A stretch of DNA of 64,000 nt, taken from positions 1 through 64,000 of the IMG/VR virus record IMGVR_UViG_3300034137_000032; one strand, 5' to 3'. This stretch comes from a virus. Shown here piece after piece: positions 45,452 to 53,810 of this stretch; within the stretch, counting starts at the first letter, position 1, and each line of letters starts with the position of its first letter. The notes beneath the pieces are model-generated. The model was not told where the DNA came from. It worked only from the letters and a program-made list of their open reading frames with translations, and searched no databases. Both the position numbers and the translations under genes were made by a program.

Positions 45452-45519
45452 CAGCCGCCGCGGCTAAAGTTTGTAATAGTCTGGCCGATGGCCATTTATC
45501 TAGCCTCGGACTGCCAGCA

Positions 45520-46275
45520 ATGCACGAAATCAAGATCATACGTACTGACAGGGTGCTCGGGTTCGACGATGACATCGTTGAAGTCCATGTGAACGACACG
45601 AAGCGTAAAATTCGCAATGGCGAATCGCTGGTTGTTCTCGAAGAAATTCCGGCAGACGTCCAGATTTTCGCCAGGGGTAAACAAACCTGGGAAGGTACAG
45701 TCTTAGCTAAAAAAGATGGTTCTGCGACGGTTTACGCTAGCATCACCGAAGCCATTGCCGCTCGCGAGGGCTGGACCGATACGAAAAAGACGCCGGTACA
45801 GCTGGTAAAGCCTGACCAGCCGGTGGGGCCGGTACTGAGTGCTCGTGCGGTCAGAATCAAAGCCGTCATGGATAGCAACGCAAGCTGGATGAAAGAAAAC
45901 AAACAGATTGCTTATACCTGCTACGGCTTCAGTGTCATTCCTGCGATTCTAGCCGTCTGCGCGCTTGCGCAAAGGAGTCCAGGGTGGGCGTTTATTTGCG
46001 GGATCGTCTTTGTCGCAGCGATCCTACTCGGGGTGTGTGCATACTTTCGACAGCCTGGAAAATGCCCTAAATGCGAGGCCCCCACTCTCACTAGAACCGA
46101 CTACAACGAGAGTTTTATGGGCACCCGCTCGGTGCAGCGCGTCATCCGTAATCAGGTAACAAATCAGGACGAGCAGCGCACCGTGACAGTGAGCGACATC
46201 CAAGTGATTGAGGACTGGCTTTGCGTAACGTGCGATCACGCTTGGAAGTATAAGCACTCCTACGTTTCCGAGTGA
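45520..46275 (+). CDS. Membrane protein with C-terminal zinc ribbon
   Basis: Two TM segments, CPKC...CVTC. Confidence 0.7.
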   Translation: MHEIKIIRTDRVLGFDDDIVEVHVNDTKRKIRNGESLVVLEEIPADVQIFARGKQTWEGTVLAKKDGSATVYASITEAIAAREGWTDTKKTPVQLVKPDQPVGPVLSARAVRIKAVMDSNASWMKENKQIAYTCYGFSVIPAILAVCALAQRSPGWAFICGIVFVAAILLGVCAYFRQPGKCPKCEAPTLTRTDYNESFMGTRSVQRVIRNQVTNQDEQRTVTVSDIQVIEDWLCVTCDHAWKYKHSYVSE

Positions 46276-46287
46276 GTCTGCTGCTGC

Positions 46288-46656
46288 TCAGGAGGTCCGG
46301 CGATCGTGGTCGCGAATGCTGCGCGTCACCACTCCCCAAACGCTGAAATCCTCGCCCTCCATAACGTACCTGGGCGGGTAGGCAGGGTTTTCGGAGCGCA
46401 GCACGGGCATATCCCCGGCAAAATCCAGGCGCTTGCACATGGGCTCGCCGTTGATGACTGCGATAATTATCCTGCCCCGCACGGGCTCGATCGCCTTGCT
46501 GACCACCAGCAGATCGCCGGAAAAGATACCGGCCCCCTGCATGCTGTCGCCCTCAACCCGCACCAGATAAGTGGCGGCGGCGCGGATCTCCAAGAGGTCA
46601 TCCAGCGATACCGGTTCGGTGTCAGCCAGCTCGCCGAAGGGATTGAAGTCGTCCAT
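46288..46656 (-). CDS. umuD: UmuD'-like S24 peptidase-fold protein (P1 HumD-like)
   Basis: YLVRVEGDSMQGAGIFSGDLLVV...CKRL...VWGVV; lacks the N-terminal AGFPSPA cleavage arm. Confidence 0.85.
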   Translation of the reverse strand: MDDFNPFGELADTEPVSLDDLLEIRAAATYLVRVEGDSMQGAGIFSGDLLVVSKAIEPVRGRIIIAVINGEPMCKRLDFAGDMPVLRSENPAYPPRYVMEGEDFSVWGVVTRSIRDHDRRTS

Positions 46657-46663
46657 GCAGGCA

Positions 46664-46906
46664 CTACTCACCCGATTCCAGGCGGCCCAGAATCGACTCG
46701 GCTGCATCGGCATAACGGGCGTCGGCCAGGTGATTCAATTCGACAAGCTCGCTCCGATCGATCACGCCGAAGCGGTATAGCACCTCGGCGTGCTTGCGCA
46801 GCGCGCCATGCTGGGATTCGGGCGTATGGCGCGCGGCGCTATCGTCCTCCAACAAGGCGTGCCACAAACCCAGTTCCCGGACCTTTATGTCGTCTTGTTC
46901 GCTCAT
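46664..46906 (-). CDS. Hypothetical protein upstream of umuD'
   Basis: GAGGA RBS; helical 80 aa. Confidence 0.65.
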   Translation of the reverse strand: MSEQDDIKVRELGLWHALLEDDSAARHTPESQHGALRKHAEVLYRFGVIDRSELVELNHLADARYADAAESILGRLESGE

Positions 46907-46920
46907 GGGGGCGTTCCTCT

Positions 46921-47175
46921 CTACTGGTTGTCGCTGGCATCTATCGCCGTATGCGTAACGGTGAGAACGCCATCCCTCTGCAGCCGTTCAATCAATTGTT
47001 CCCAGGTTTCTCCAGGACGCGCTTTTCTGGCCAGCTTGGCCCGCTGCGCCTGATCAAGATCGCGCAGCTCGGGCACGCTGTTCTCATATGCCAGCTGGTG
47101 CCCTAATCCTCGAAACTCATAGTGGTCAGTGGGCGCAGCGCGCATGAACCCAGGGCCGGACGCCTTTTTATCCAT
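46921..47175 (-). CDS. Hypothetical protein (84 aa)
   Basis: Coupled in the minus-strand cluster. Confidence 0.55.
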   Translation of the reverse strand: MDKKASGPGFMRAAPTDHYEFRGLGHQLAYENSVPELRDLDQAQRAKLARKARPGETWEQLIERLQRDGVLTVTHTAIDASDNQ

Positions 47176-47178
47176 GCT

Positions 47179-47511
47179 CTACTTTCCTGGATGGTTGGCT
47201 TGGTAGGCCGCATACACGACCTGGATGTCCTCGGACTCGGCGACAGCCACCCAGTGCTGCTGCTCCTGATCACTGAGCCCTGTCCACCACCCATACATTT
47301 CCATCGCTTGCTGGGCGATGCTTTTACGGGTTCCGATCCTGTTCTGGGTAGTCCTGAATGTGTAGGAGCCGCGGCCGTCCGGCAGGGTGCCGTTCCCGCT
47401 CGATGCGCCATCGTGAATCATGTCCGTGACGTCCTTGTACATTTGCGCGATGTCATCCTCGGCGGCGGCCTCGAAATCCATCGTTACGTTGACTTTAAAG
47501 GGCTCAGTCAT
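47179..47511 (-). CDS. Hypothetical protein (110 aa)
   Basis: AGGA RBS before ATG 47511 (MTEPFKV...). Confidence 0.55.
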   Translation of the reverse strand: MTEPFKVNVTMDFEAAAEDDIAQMYKDVTDMIHDGASSGNGTLPDGRGSYTFRTTQNRIGTRKSIAQQAMEMYGWWTGLSDQEQQHWVAVAESEDIQVVYAAYQANHPGK

Positions 47512-47604
47512 TGCTGGCAGTCCTGCATATGTGTTGTTGAGAGAGCAAGTCCCCGCCATTTTGTCAGCAGCCCAGCAGTCCCGTCCACCTGGCGGCTTTC
47601 GGCC

Positions 47605-47802
47605 CTAATGCGCTGCTTTGTCGCCCTCGTTGGGCACTTCGGCTCTTTCCAGCATTTCTGCCTCAACTGTTCGGCACACCGCGCAAACCAGTGCGCCGTC
47701 CCGCTCGGCCTCCTCGCCGCATATAACGCACAAGCCAAATGTACTCCGCTCGCTTATGGGCACGACTTTCAGCCAGTTGATATACATCGGTTCATCGTTC
47801 AC
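47605..47802 (-). CDS. Small CxxC-CxxC protein
   Basis: CVIC...CAVC; AAGGAG upstream. Confidence 0.5.
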   Translation of the reverse strand: MNDEPMYINWLKVVPISERSTFGLCVICGEEAERDGALVCAVCRTVEAEMLERAEVPNEGDKAAH

Positions 47803-47897
47803 GATTCATAGCTCCTTATTGTTCGCTGCCGATCGTCGCTAATGAGCGGCGATCACCGTCTGCACGTTCCCTTTCCGAGTTGCTTTGGCGCAGAATA

Positions 47898-47913
47898 CTG
47901 GTTATCCATACAC
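47898..47913 (+). promoter_or_regulatory. LexA (SOS) box-like site
   Basis: TA-CTG-GTTATCCATA-CAC, one mismatch to CTG-N10-CAG, 13 bp before ORF 47927. Confidence 0.45.
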
Positions 47914-47926
47914 ATGACAAACCGCC

Positions 47927-48178
47927 ATGACACGCACATTACCGCGATTTAATCCCACGTCCCTGTCCGAGCTGCGGCGGATCTGGCGCGAATATCCTAC
48001 ACAAGACATCCGGAATTTAGCGCTTGAGGTAGAGCATTACCGGCGATTAGTGGCTGACCTCGATAAGCTCTATCTCACAATCCATCAGGCATGGCGCGAG
48101 GAGGTCGGCGGCAACCTAATTGCACTGCACCGCATGCAGTGCGCGCTCACCCAGGAGCGCGAGCGGCTGAAGTTATAG
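47927..48178 (+). CDS. Small helical protein, putatively SOS-regulated
   Basis: 83 aa behind the SOS-like box. Confidence 0.65.
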   Translation: MTRTLPRFNPTSLSELRRIWREYPTQDIRNLALEVEHYRRLVADLDKLYLTIHQAWREEVGGNLIALHRMQCALTQERERLKL

Positions 48179-48180
48179 CA

Positions 48181-49278
48181 TCAGAATCCGATGTCGCTAG
48201 CGGTCGTGCCGGTCTTCCAGCTGGCGGCGCGGTCGCGTAGCTTTTTGAACGCAGTTTTCGGCAGGCGGGCCAGATATCGCTTGTGATCGTCATACCATCT
48301 GTCCAATTGCTCCTTGGGCGTCAGATCAGCCGCCAGGCGCGCCTTTGTCACTTGGTAGGCCTTGGAAGACGTTACCAGTTCATAGAACGCGTCGGAACCG
48401 GTGACGGCCACTCGGATGGCGCCTTGAGCCCGCATTTCCGTTGCCTGGCGCTCGTTGCGTGCGAGTAACGCCCCAGCGCTTTCGCTGGTGAACAGAGCGT
48501 GACAGGCCTCACGCAGCTGATCGTTCGCCCCATGCTGGGCGTAGGCAAAATCCGGCACCTCAGCCTGGGCCTCGTTGGCGATCAAGCTCCAGCGTTTGGT
48601 TTCAATCCACATATCCTTGGTAACGAACTGAATCCGCCAGTTCTCGACTGTGTTGCGATCGCGCTCCAGCTGGATGTAAGCGGGTTTCATGTTGTAGCCG
48701 TACTTCAAACCGGTATCGCAGACGAACAGGCCGTTGACATAGAGCTTCCCTGGGCGGCTGGGCAGGATCTGGCCGCGACTGGTCTCGATAGCATCCCGAA
48801 TCGGCGGCTGCATTTGCAGGCAGCTGTCCTTGATCGCTTCCACGTCCGCCATAGACAGGCCGTCGATCTCGAACGACAGCCGCCGCTCTGCACCTGGGTT
48901 GGCAGTCTCCTGGACTTGCAGCGTGTTCTCCCCGAACGTCTCGCTGTGCGTGAAGCCAGGGCGCCAGATCACTTCGCCGTTGTGGCAGGTGACGCCGTAA
49001 CCCATTCGAACAAGCACCAGCATGGCCAGTTTGAAGCCCTCGCCGAACTGGCCAATGCTTTGGCGACAGTCGCGCTTGGTGCTGGCGCCCAGCAGCAGGT
49101 GGCGCGGTGAAAGAGTCACGCCCGGGCTGCTGATCACCAGCGACTCCTCTGCGAACTGATATTCGAAAGGCGCCTCGCTGTCGATCGCATTCTGGATCAG
49201 CTCGTTGACCGCCTTGGTGAGACCCCACGAACTCACGTAACCCTCGGCTAGGCCCAGTTCATACACTTTGCTAATCAT
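48181..49278 (-). CDS. GHKL-type ATPase domain protein
   Basis: NELIQNAID, GASTKR, IGQFGEGFKLA Bergerat motifs; start at ATG 49278. Confidence 0.8.
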   Translation of the reverse strand: MISKVYELGLAEGYVSSWGLTKAVNELIQNAIDSEAPFEYQFAEESLVISSPGVTLSPRHLLLGASTKRDCRQSIGQFGEGFKLAMLVLVRMGYGVTCHNGEVIWRPGFTHSETFGENTLQVQETANPGAERRLSFEIDGLSMADVEAIKDSCLQMQPPIRDAIETSRGQILPSRPGKLYVNGLFVCDTGLKYGYNMKPAYIQLERDRNTVENWRIQFVTKDMWIETKRWSLIANEAQAEVPDFAYAQHGANDQLREACHALFTSESAGALLARNERQATEMRAQGAIRVAVTGSDAFYELVTSSKAYQVTKARLAADLTPKEQLDRWYDDHKRYLARLPKTAFKKLRDRAASWKTGTTASDIGF

Positions 49279-49464
49279 TGCTTGCCCTTCACGGTAGGTT
49301 GCAACCGGGTTGCATGCGCCGGACGGCGCGGTATTTGCCCCGTGCCGCCTGGAAACAGGCGCTGGCGGGGTTGATTGGTGGGGTTCATACTGCGCCCCAT
49401 AACAACTACTTGCTAACATAGTAGTTACGTTCTGCTAAGCAATGCAACCACTGAGAGGCAAGCG

Positions 49465-49962
49465 ATGGATTTTTTTGTGTCAGTAAGCGGATATGAGGGG
49501 CAGCCCACCACGATCGTCGGGGGCCTGGATGAAGAGACGAACATTCTGGTAATCGCCGGACGAATGAAGACATTCCAGACCGCCCGCATTAAGGGACGCG
49601 AGGATATTTCGGTGGTGTCGAACCTGGGCTTGCCGGACGTGGACTTTCAGTTTCGAGACGAGCATATGCGCGAGGCGATCATCGCGTACCAGAACCGAAC
49701 CCTTTTGAACACGATCACCCTGGACCCCGCGCTAAAGCAGCTCGACCCTCGGAGCGTGTTCGAAAAGGACGACATAAAGGAGGGCAAACAGACCTACCGG
49801 ATACTACCCACTATCAGTAATGGCCAGCTCGCCGTCCTGATCGCCTGCGGGTTCTGCGAGCTGCAGGCCCGCATCATGTCCGCGCAGGTCTCCCTGGACG
49901 AGATGAACGATCTGTACGACGCCGGTGGCGAAAGCGACCTTTACGACGCGTACACGATATGA
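49465..49962 (+). CDS. Conserved P1-like phage protein (possibly gp7-like)
   Basis: GAGG RBS; recalled weak resemblance to P1 gp7; near the gp5/6/24-like genes. Confidence 0.5.
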   Translation: MDFFVSVSGYEGQPTTIVGGLDEETNILVIAGRMKTFQTARIKGREDISVVSNLGLPDVDFQFRDEHMREAIIAYQNRTLLNTITLDPALKQLDPRSVFEKDDIKEGKQTYRILPTISNGQLAVLIACGFCELQARIMSAQVSLDEMNDLYDAGGESDLYDAYTI

Positions 49963-50877
49963 TCAGGGGATAGGGTTATTCAGGGTGGCATCGTCGCCCT
50001 TGGCGCCCTGCTCCACCGACGTGGCCTGAAAGCTGCCCTCGGAATTCACCGTTACCTGCAGTGGCTCGTCAGAATCGGGCCGCTTGGGCAGGCCAATCAC
50101 CGCTTTCTCGCGCCCCTGCCCTTCCGCGCCATCGAGCACCTCGCCGCCCTCCAGCTCCTGAGCAATCTCCTCGCCGGTGACCACCGGCTCGCCGCCTGTT
50201 TCCAGCAGCTGCGGCTGGCCATCGTCGGTCGGCACCGCAACCGTAGTTTCCTGATCGCTTTCGGGCTCCTTGGGTAGGCTGATCACAGCCTTGACGCCGC
50301 TATCATTGACGATAGCCAGACTTTCGTCCGCAGCTGCGGCCGCGGCCAGGGCCTCGGGCGTGGGCGATGCACCGGTCACGACCGTCTCGACCGCATCGAG
50401 CACCGGCGAACTGAGCTTGTTCGTCAGCTCCTGGACGGTCTCCTGGCGCTCGGCGATTTCCTTATCCAGGTAGACCACCCGTTCTTTCAGCGCATCGACC
50501 ATGCGCGGCGCGGTGGTTCTGATGCCTGCAGGCAGCTCGGCCTTGATCCGGGCTTGAGCCTTCTGGAACTTGCCCTGATTCGCTTCGGCGATCGAGGCGA
50601 TTTCGCCGATCGCCTTGTTTGGATCTGTCTGCTGGTGGATCGGTACCAGCGAGCCGTTAAGCAGTACCTGGGCGATGTCGCCGGACTGACTGACGCGCAG
50701 GGTCACGGCTTGGCCGCTGGCCAACGTGAGCATGGCTTCGCGGTAGGTGACGCCGGACGTGCGGCGCAGTTTGTCGTTAAAGGCAGTTTGCACCACCGGC
50801 TGGCCGGCACGGCCCATGAGCGCGGCGATCCGCTTGAGCGACTTGGGCGCTTCCTGCGGAGAAAGGTCGAATGGCAT
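49963..50877 (-). CDS. hdf: Hdf-like protein (DarA N-domain homologue) with acidic tail
   Basis: RRTSGVTYREAMLTLASGQAVTLRV...LNG...KFQKAQAR parallels the DarA N-domain in this window. Confidence 0.65.
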   Translation of the reverse strand: MPFDLSPQEAPKSLKRIAALMGRAGQPVVQTAFNDKLRRTSGVTYREAMLTLASGQAVTLRVSQSGDIAQVLLNGSLVPIHQQTDPNKAIGEIASIAEANQGKFQKAQARIKAELPAGIRTTAPRMVDALKERVVYLDKEIAERQETVQELTNKLSSPVLDAVETVVTGASPTPEALAAAAAADESLAIVNDSGVKAVISLPKEPESDQETTVAVPTDDGQPQLLETGGEPVVTGEEIAQELEGGEVLDGAEGQGREKAVIGLPKRPDSDEPLQVTVNSEGSFQATSVEQGAKGDDATLNNPIP

Positions 50878-50905
50878 TGCGATAAACCTCTGGTTCTATG
50901 CAGCG

Positions 50906-50946
50906 AGTGTGCGGCAACCGCCAGGGGTCACCGTGCAGACGTTTCC
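50906..50946 (-). promoter_or_regulatory. Putative late promoter
   Basis: GGAAA-N30-CACACT. Confidence 0.6.
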
Positions 50947-50948
50947 GG

Positions 50949-51479
50949 TCAGGCGGTCGGCGGGTCGGTCTCGCTGCCCTTGCCGTTCTCCAGGTGCGTA
51001 TGGCCCTGGACGGAAATGCCGTCGGACGTAATGTCGCCGCCCGACTGCGTAACGGCGCCGGTCATGGCAAAGCCCGAGCTGGTGAGCTGGAACACCGAGC
51101 CGCCCACGGTGAACGTGATCGAATCCTTGGCCGTGATGGTGTAGGTCGCCGCCGTATGGTTCGACTCGGCGTCTGCCGCGGTCTCGATATTCGTATGCGC
51201 CCACCGGCGCCAGCCTTCTTGATTGCTGGTCTCGGGGGTACGGTAGCCGGTCACCACGGGGTATCGCGGATCGCCGCCCTGGAACTGCACCCAGCATTTA
51301 TCGGCCGCAAGGATGCGCTGCTCGGTCAGCTCTGGGCGATCGCCCAATGGCACACTAAGCACCGCTTCGGCGTGGGTCATGCCGTCGGTGAGGCCCGGAA
51401 CGTTGACCATCACCATGCGCGAGTCGCCGCCCAGGTACTCCTCGATAATCGCGGGATAGATTCCGTAGTAAAGCGTCAT
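50949..51479 (-). CDS. Baseplate spike (gpV / P1 gp5-like)
   Basis: WVQFQGGDPRYPVVTG OB-fold; C-terminal HTH metal-binding motif GHTHLE. Confidence 0.85.
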   Translation of the reverse strand: MTLYYGIYPAIIEEYLGGDSRMVMVNVPGLTDGMTHAEAVLSVPLGDRPELTEQRILAADKCWVQFQGGDPRYPVVTGYRTPETSNQEGWRRWAHTNIETAADAESNHTAATYTITAKDSITFTVGGSVFQLTSSGFAMTGAVTQSGGDITSDGISVQGHTHLENGKGSETDPPTA

Positions 51480-52372
51480 TCCGACAGCACCCCGCACCAG
51501 AAATACGAGTTGCTCGTGATCGAGGCCTCAATGCCGTGCGTCATTGCATGCGCGGCTGTCATCACCACATTGTTTTCGCCGTTGATCGTCAGGAGGTCGC
51601 CCGCGATGATTTCCTGGGCCATTTGCGACTGGATGACGTGTCGGCGCAGCAGCACTTTGCTCATGTTGCGCAGCACCCGCTCAGACTTGCGCGGCACGTA
51701 GATCGATCGGCGCGTTGAGTCATAGTTGCCCTTCACCACGGTGCCGTCGGGAGCCGTGCTATAGAACGACGGCACCTGATGACTGGTGAGAAAGTCGCTT
51801 TGCGTCAGCGCCGTGGTGTCCAGCTGACCGATATCGTCAATCGGAGCCTCTTTGAACAGATCGGCGAGCCGGTACACGTAGAGTTTTTTATCGGTGTAGA
51901 CCAGCGTTGCGCACTCCTCCTGCAGCGCCAAGGCGATCGCCCGGCTCGGCGCTTGGCCCTGCAGGCAGGTGAAGCGTTCAACCGTCAGATCCTTGGCTAC
52001 GGACACCTTGGCGCCACTCGCCTTGTACATGGCGCCGAACGTCTCATTGGTCGCGATGATCGGCGTGGTTCGAGGTCTGGCGACCCCCGCGCAGCTGGCC
52101 AGCGCGGCGATAATCGAATACGTCTGGACCGACTTGCCGCCCTGCAGCATGCCCGTGGGAGGGTCACGCCGAGACCAGATGATTTCGTATTCGAGGTTCT
52201 CCCGCCCGGTCCAGATCGACTTGCCCTCGGCCAGGTCGGTCTCGATGCCGTCGGCCAGGCGCACGGTCAGCTCCAGCGTGCGCGGTACCGGCGCCAGATC
52301 GCTCCGGTTGACCCAGCGCATGATCATGTCGCCAGGCAGCTGCTGGCTGTTTTCGGCGAGGTAAACGTTCAC
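51476..52372 (-). CDS. Baseplate hub (P1 gp6-like)
   Basis: RSDLAPVPRTLELTV; upstream of the spike. Confidence 0.65.
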   Translation of the reverse strand: MNVYLAENSQQLPGDMIMRWVNRSDLAPVPRTLELTVRLADGIETDLAEGKSIWTGRENLEYEIIWSRRDPPTGMLQGGKSVQTYSIIAALASCAGVARPRTTPIIATNETFGAMYKASGAKVSVAKDLTVERFTCLQGQAPSRAIALALQEECATLVYTDKKLYVYRLADLFKEAPIDDIGQLDTTALTQSDFLTSHQVPSFYSTAPDGTVVKGNYDSTRRSIYVPRKSERVLRNMSKVLLRRHVIQSQMAQEIIAGDLLTINGENNVVMTAAHAMTHGIEASITSNSYFWCGVLSE

Positions 52373-53127
52373 GCTTCACCATTCCAGATGGTGCTGGTTT
52401 TGGTGATAACCGCCTCGCTGCCGTCGGCCGCGATGTTAGTAATCTGCTGCAGCACTGGATAGCCTGGCGGATTGTTGCTCGTACCGTCGTTGTCCTCGTC
52501 ATCACCAGGTGCGTCCAGGTACGGGATCGCCCCGCGCAGCACCAAGTCACACGCCAGGATCGTAAGGTTTTTGCTTTCGGTATCGACCTTGTTGAAGACG
52601 GTGTCGGGCGTCTCGATCGTGACCGGCATGTCGAAGGTGTACTGCCCCCAAGTGTGCGAGGCGTAGAAACGACGGTTGGGGATGGAGCCCAGGTACAGCC
52701 CCAGCTGGGCAGCGAGGCTATCGGCGCTCATGGGGTCGGCCGTGACAATAGCGATCTGTGCACGCTTGTCCATCATGGCCTGGCGGTAACCGTAGTACGA
52801 ACCGCCCTCCTCGATCTGCACCAGCTGACGCTCGACCTGCTTGCCGCCCATGTCGCCTGGCGTAGGGGTGTAGTCCTTGGCGAGGGCGATGAACACCACA
52901 GGCAGCAGCGAGTTGGCGCCTTTGTCGCCGTTGCTGTTGCGCTGATAGCTTTTGAGCATCTCATCTACGGAATCGACCATGCGGCCGGACGCCCAGAGCA
53001 CCGACCGGGCAAAGCCTCGGGCCACGAACTCCTTGACGCTCGCCGTGTCGCCGTACAGGCCCTGATACCAGGTGCCCAGGTAGGTGCCGAATGCTTCTTT
53101 GAGGGGGTTGAAATCGCCGCTGCTCAT
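52369..53127 (-). CDS. Tail terminator/completion protein (P1 gp24-like)
   Basis: Synteny 24-6-5; start moved to ATG 53127 because the promoter motif overlaps the longer ORF start. Confidence 0.6.
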   Translation of the reverse strand: MSSGDFNPLKEAFGTYLGTWYQGLYGDTASVKEFVARGFARSVLWASGRMVDSVDEMLKSYQRNSNGDKGANSLLPVVFIALAKDYTPTPGDMGGKQVERQLVQIEEGGSYYGYRQAMMDKRAQIAIVTADPMSADSLAAQLGLYLGSIPNRRFYASHTWGQYTFDMPVTIETPDTVFNKVDTESKNLTILACDLVLRGAIPYLDAPGDDEDNDGTSNNPPGYPVLQQITNIAADGSEAVITKTSTIWNGEA

Positions 53128-53155
53128 GGGGTGCCTATCAGTTGAACCTGGCCCC

Positions 53156-53196
53156 AAGTTATCGCGCGCGCGAGTGGCCATCCGTGGCCACTTTCC
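53156..53196 (-). promoter_or_regulatory. Putative late promoter
   Basis: GGAAA-N30-TAACTT. Confidence 0.6.
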
Positions 53197-53205
53197 GGTG
53201 TGCTA

Positions 53206-53808
53206 TCAGCTGCTCGCGCTATCCCAGGTGATGGCCTGGACGGCGGCTACGGTCGTCGCCGCTGCAACCTGCGCCACGAGAGTGGCCTTTCGGATCAGGT
53301 ACGCATTGATCGTCTGCTCGCCCATCATGCCCACGGCCTGGATCTGCGCCGCGGTATGGGTGACGTAGGCCTCGGTACCGGCGCTGTCTGTGCACTTAAA
53401 TGTCGTAGTCCAGGCCGAGTTGCTGGCGTTGAGCAGCGACGACAGCACGCGAGCCTGCAGGTTGAGCTGGTCGGTTTCAGCTGAAGGGTAGGTGTAGGTC
53501 GAGCCCAGCGCGTCAGAGGTAAAACCGCTTACAGCTGCAGCTGCGCAGGCCGCGGAGAGTGCTGCCGACTGCGCGACCTGCGCGGCGGCCAGCTTCGCGG
53601 CATCAGTGTCGTAGATATCCACGAACGTCGGCTTGCCGTCGCTGTCGGCGGCGAGCTTCTGGCCGCTGGGCGGCGTGGTTCGATAGGTGGCTAGCTCGTC
53701 GTCGGTCAATTCCACCGCATCGCTGGGCCAGCTGCCCGCGGTAACGTAATGTTCCTTAAGATCCTCGTCGTAGAAGGCCAGTTTTGTCGCAGAAAACACG
53801 TAGCTCAT
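53206..53808 (-). CDS. Tail fibre assembly protein (DUF4376-like)
   Basis: YVFSAT...WPSDAVE...GFTSDALG...YPSAETDQLNL...VQAITW. Confidence 0.85.
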   Translation of the reverse strand: MSYVFSATKLAFYDEDLKEHYVTAGSWPSDAVELTDDELATYRTTPPSGQKLAADSDGKPTFVDIYDTDAAKLAAAQVAQSAALSAACAAAAVSGFTSDALGSTYTYPSAETDQLNLQARVLSSLLNASNSAWTTTFKCTDSAGTEAYVTHTAAQIQAVGMMGEQTINAYLIRKATLVAQVAAATTVAAVQAITWDSASS

Positions 53809-53810
53809 GA

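Noticed and set aside
46921-47175. ARPGETWEQ motif reminiscent of plasmid Rep C-termini
   Set aside because: An 84-aa ORF with only a short motif; insufficient to call a plasmid replicon
47836-47876. Tenth copy of the late-promoter motif
   Set aside because: GGAAA is present, but the hexamer at 30 nt (TAGCGA) lacks the conserved final T and the downstream genes are not late genes
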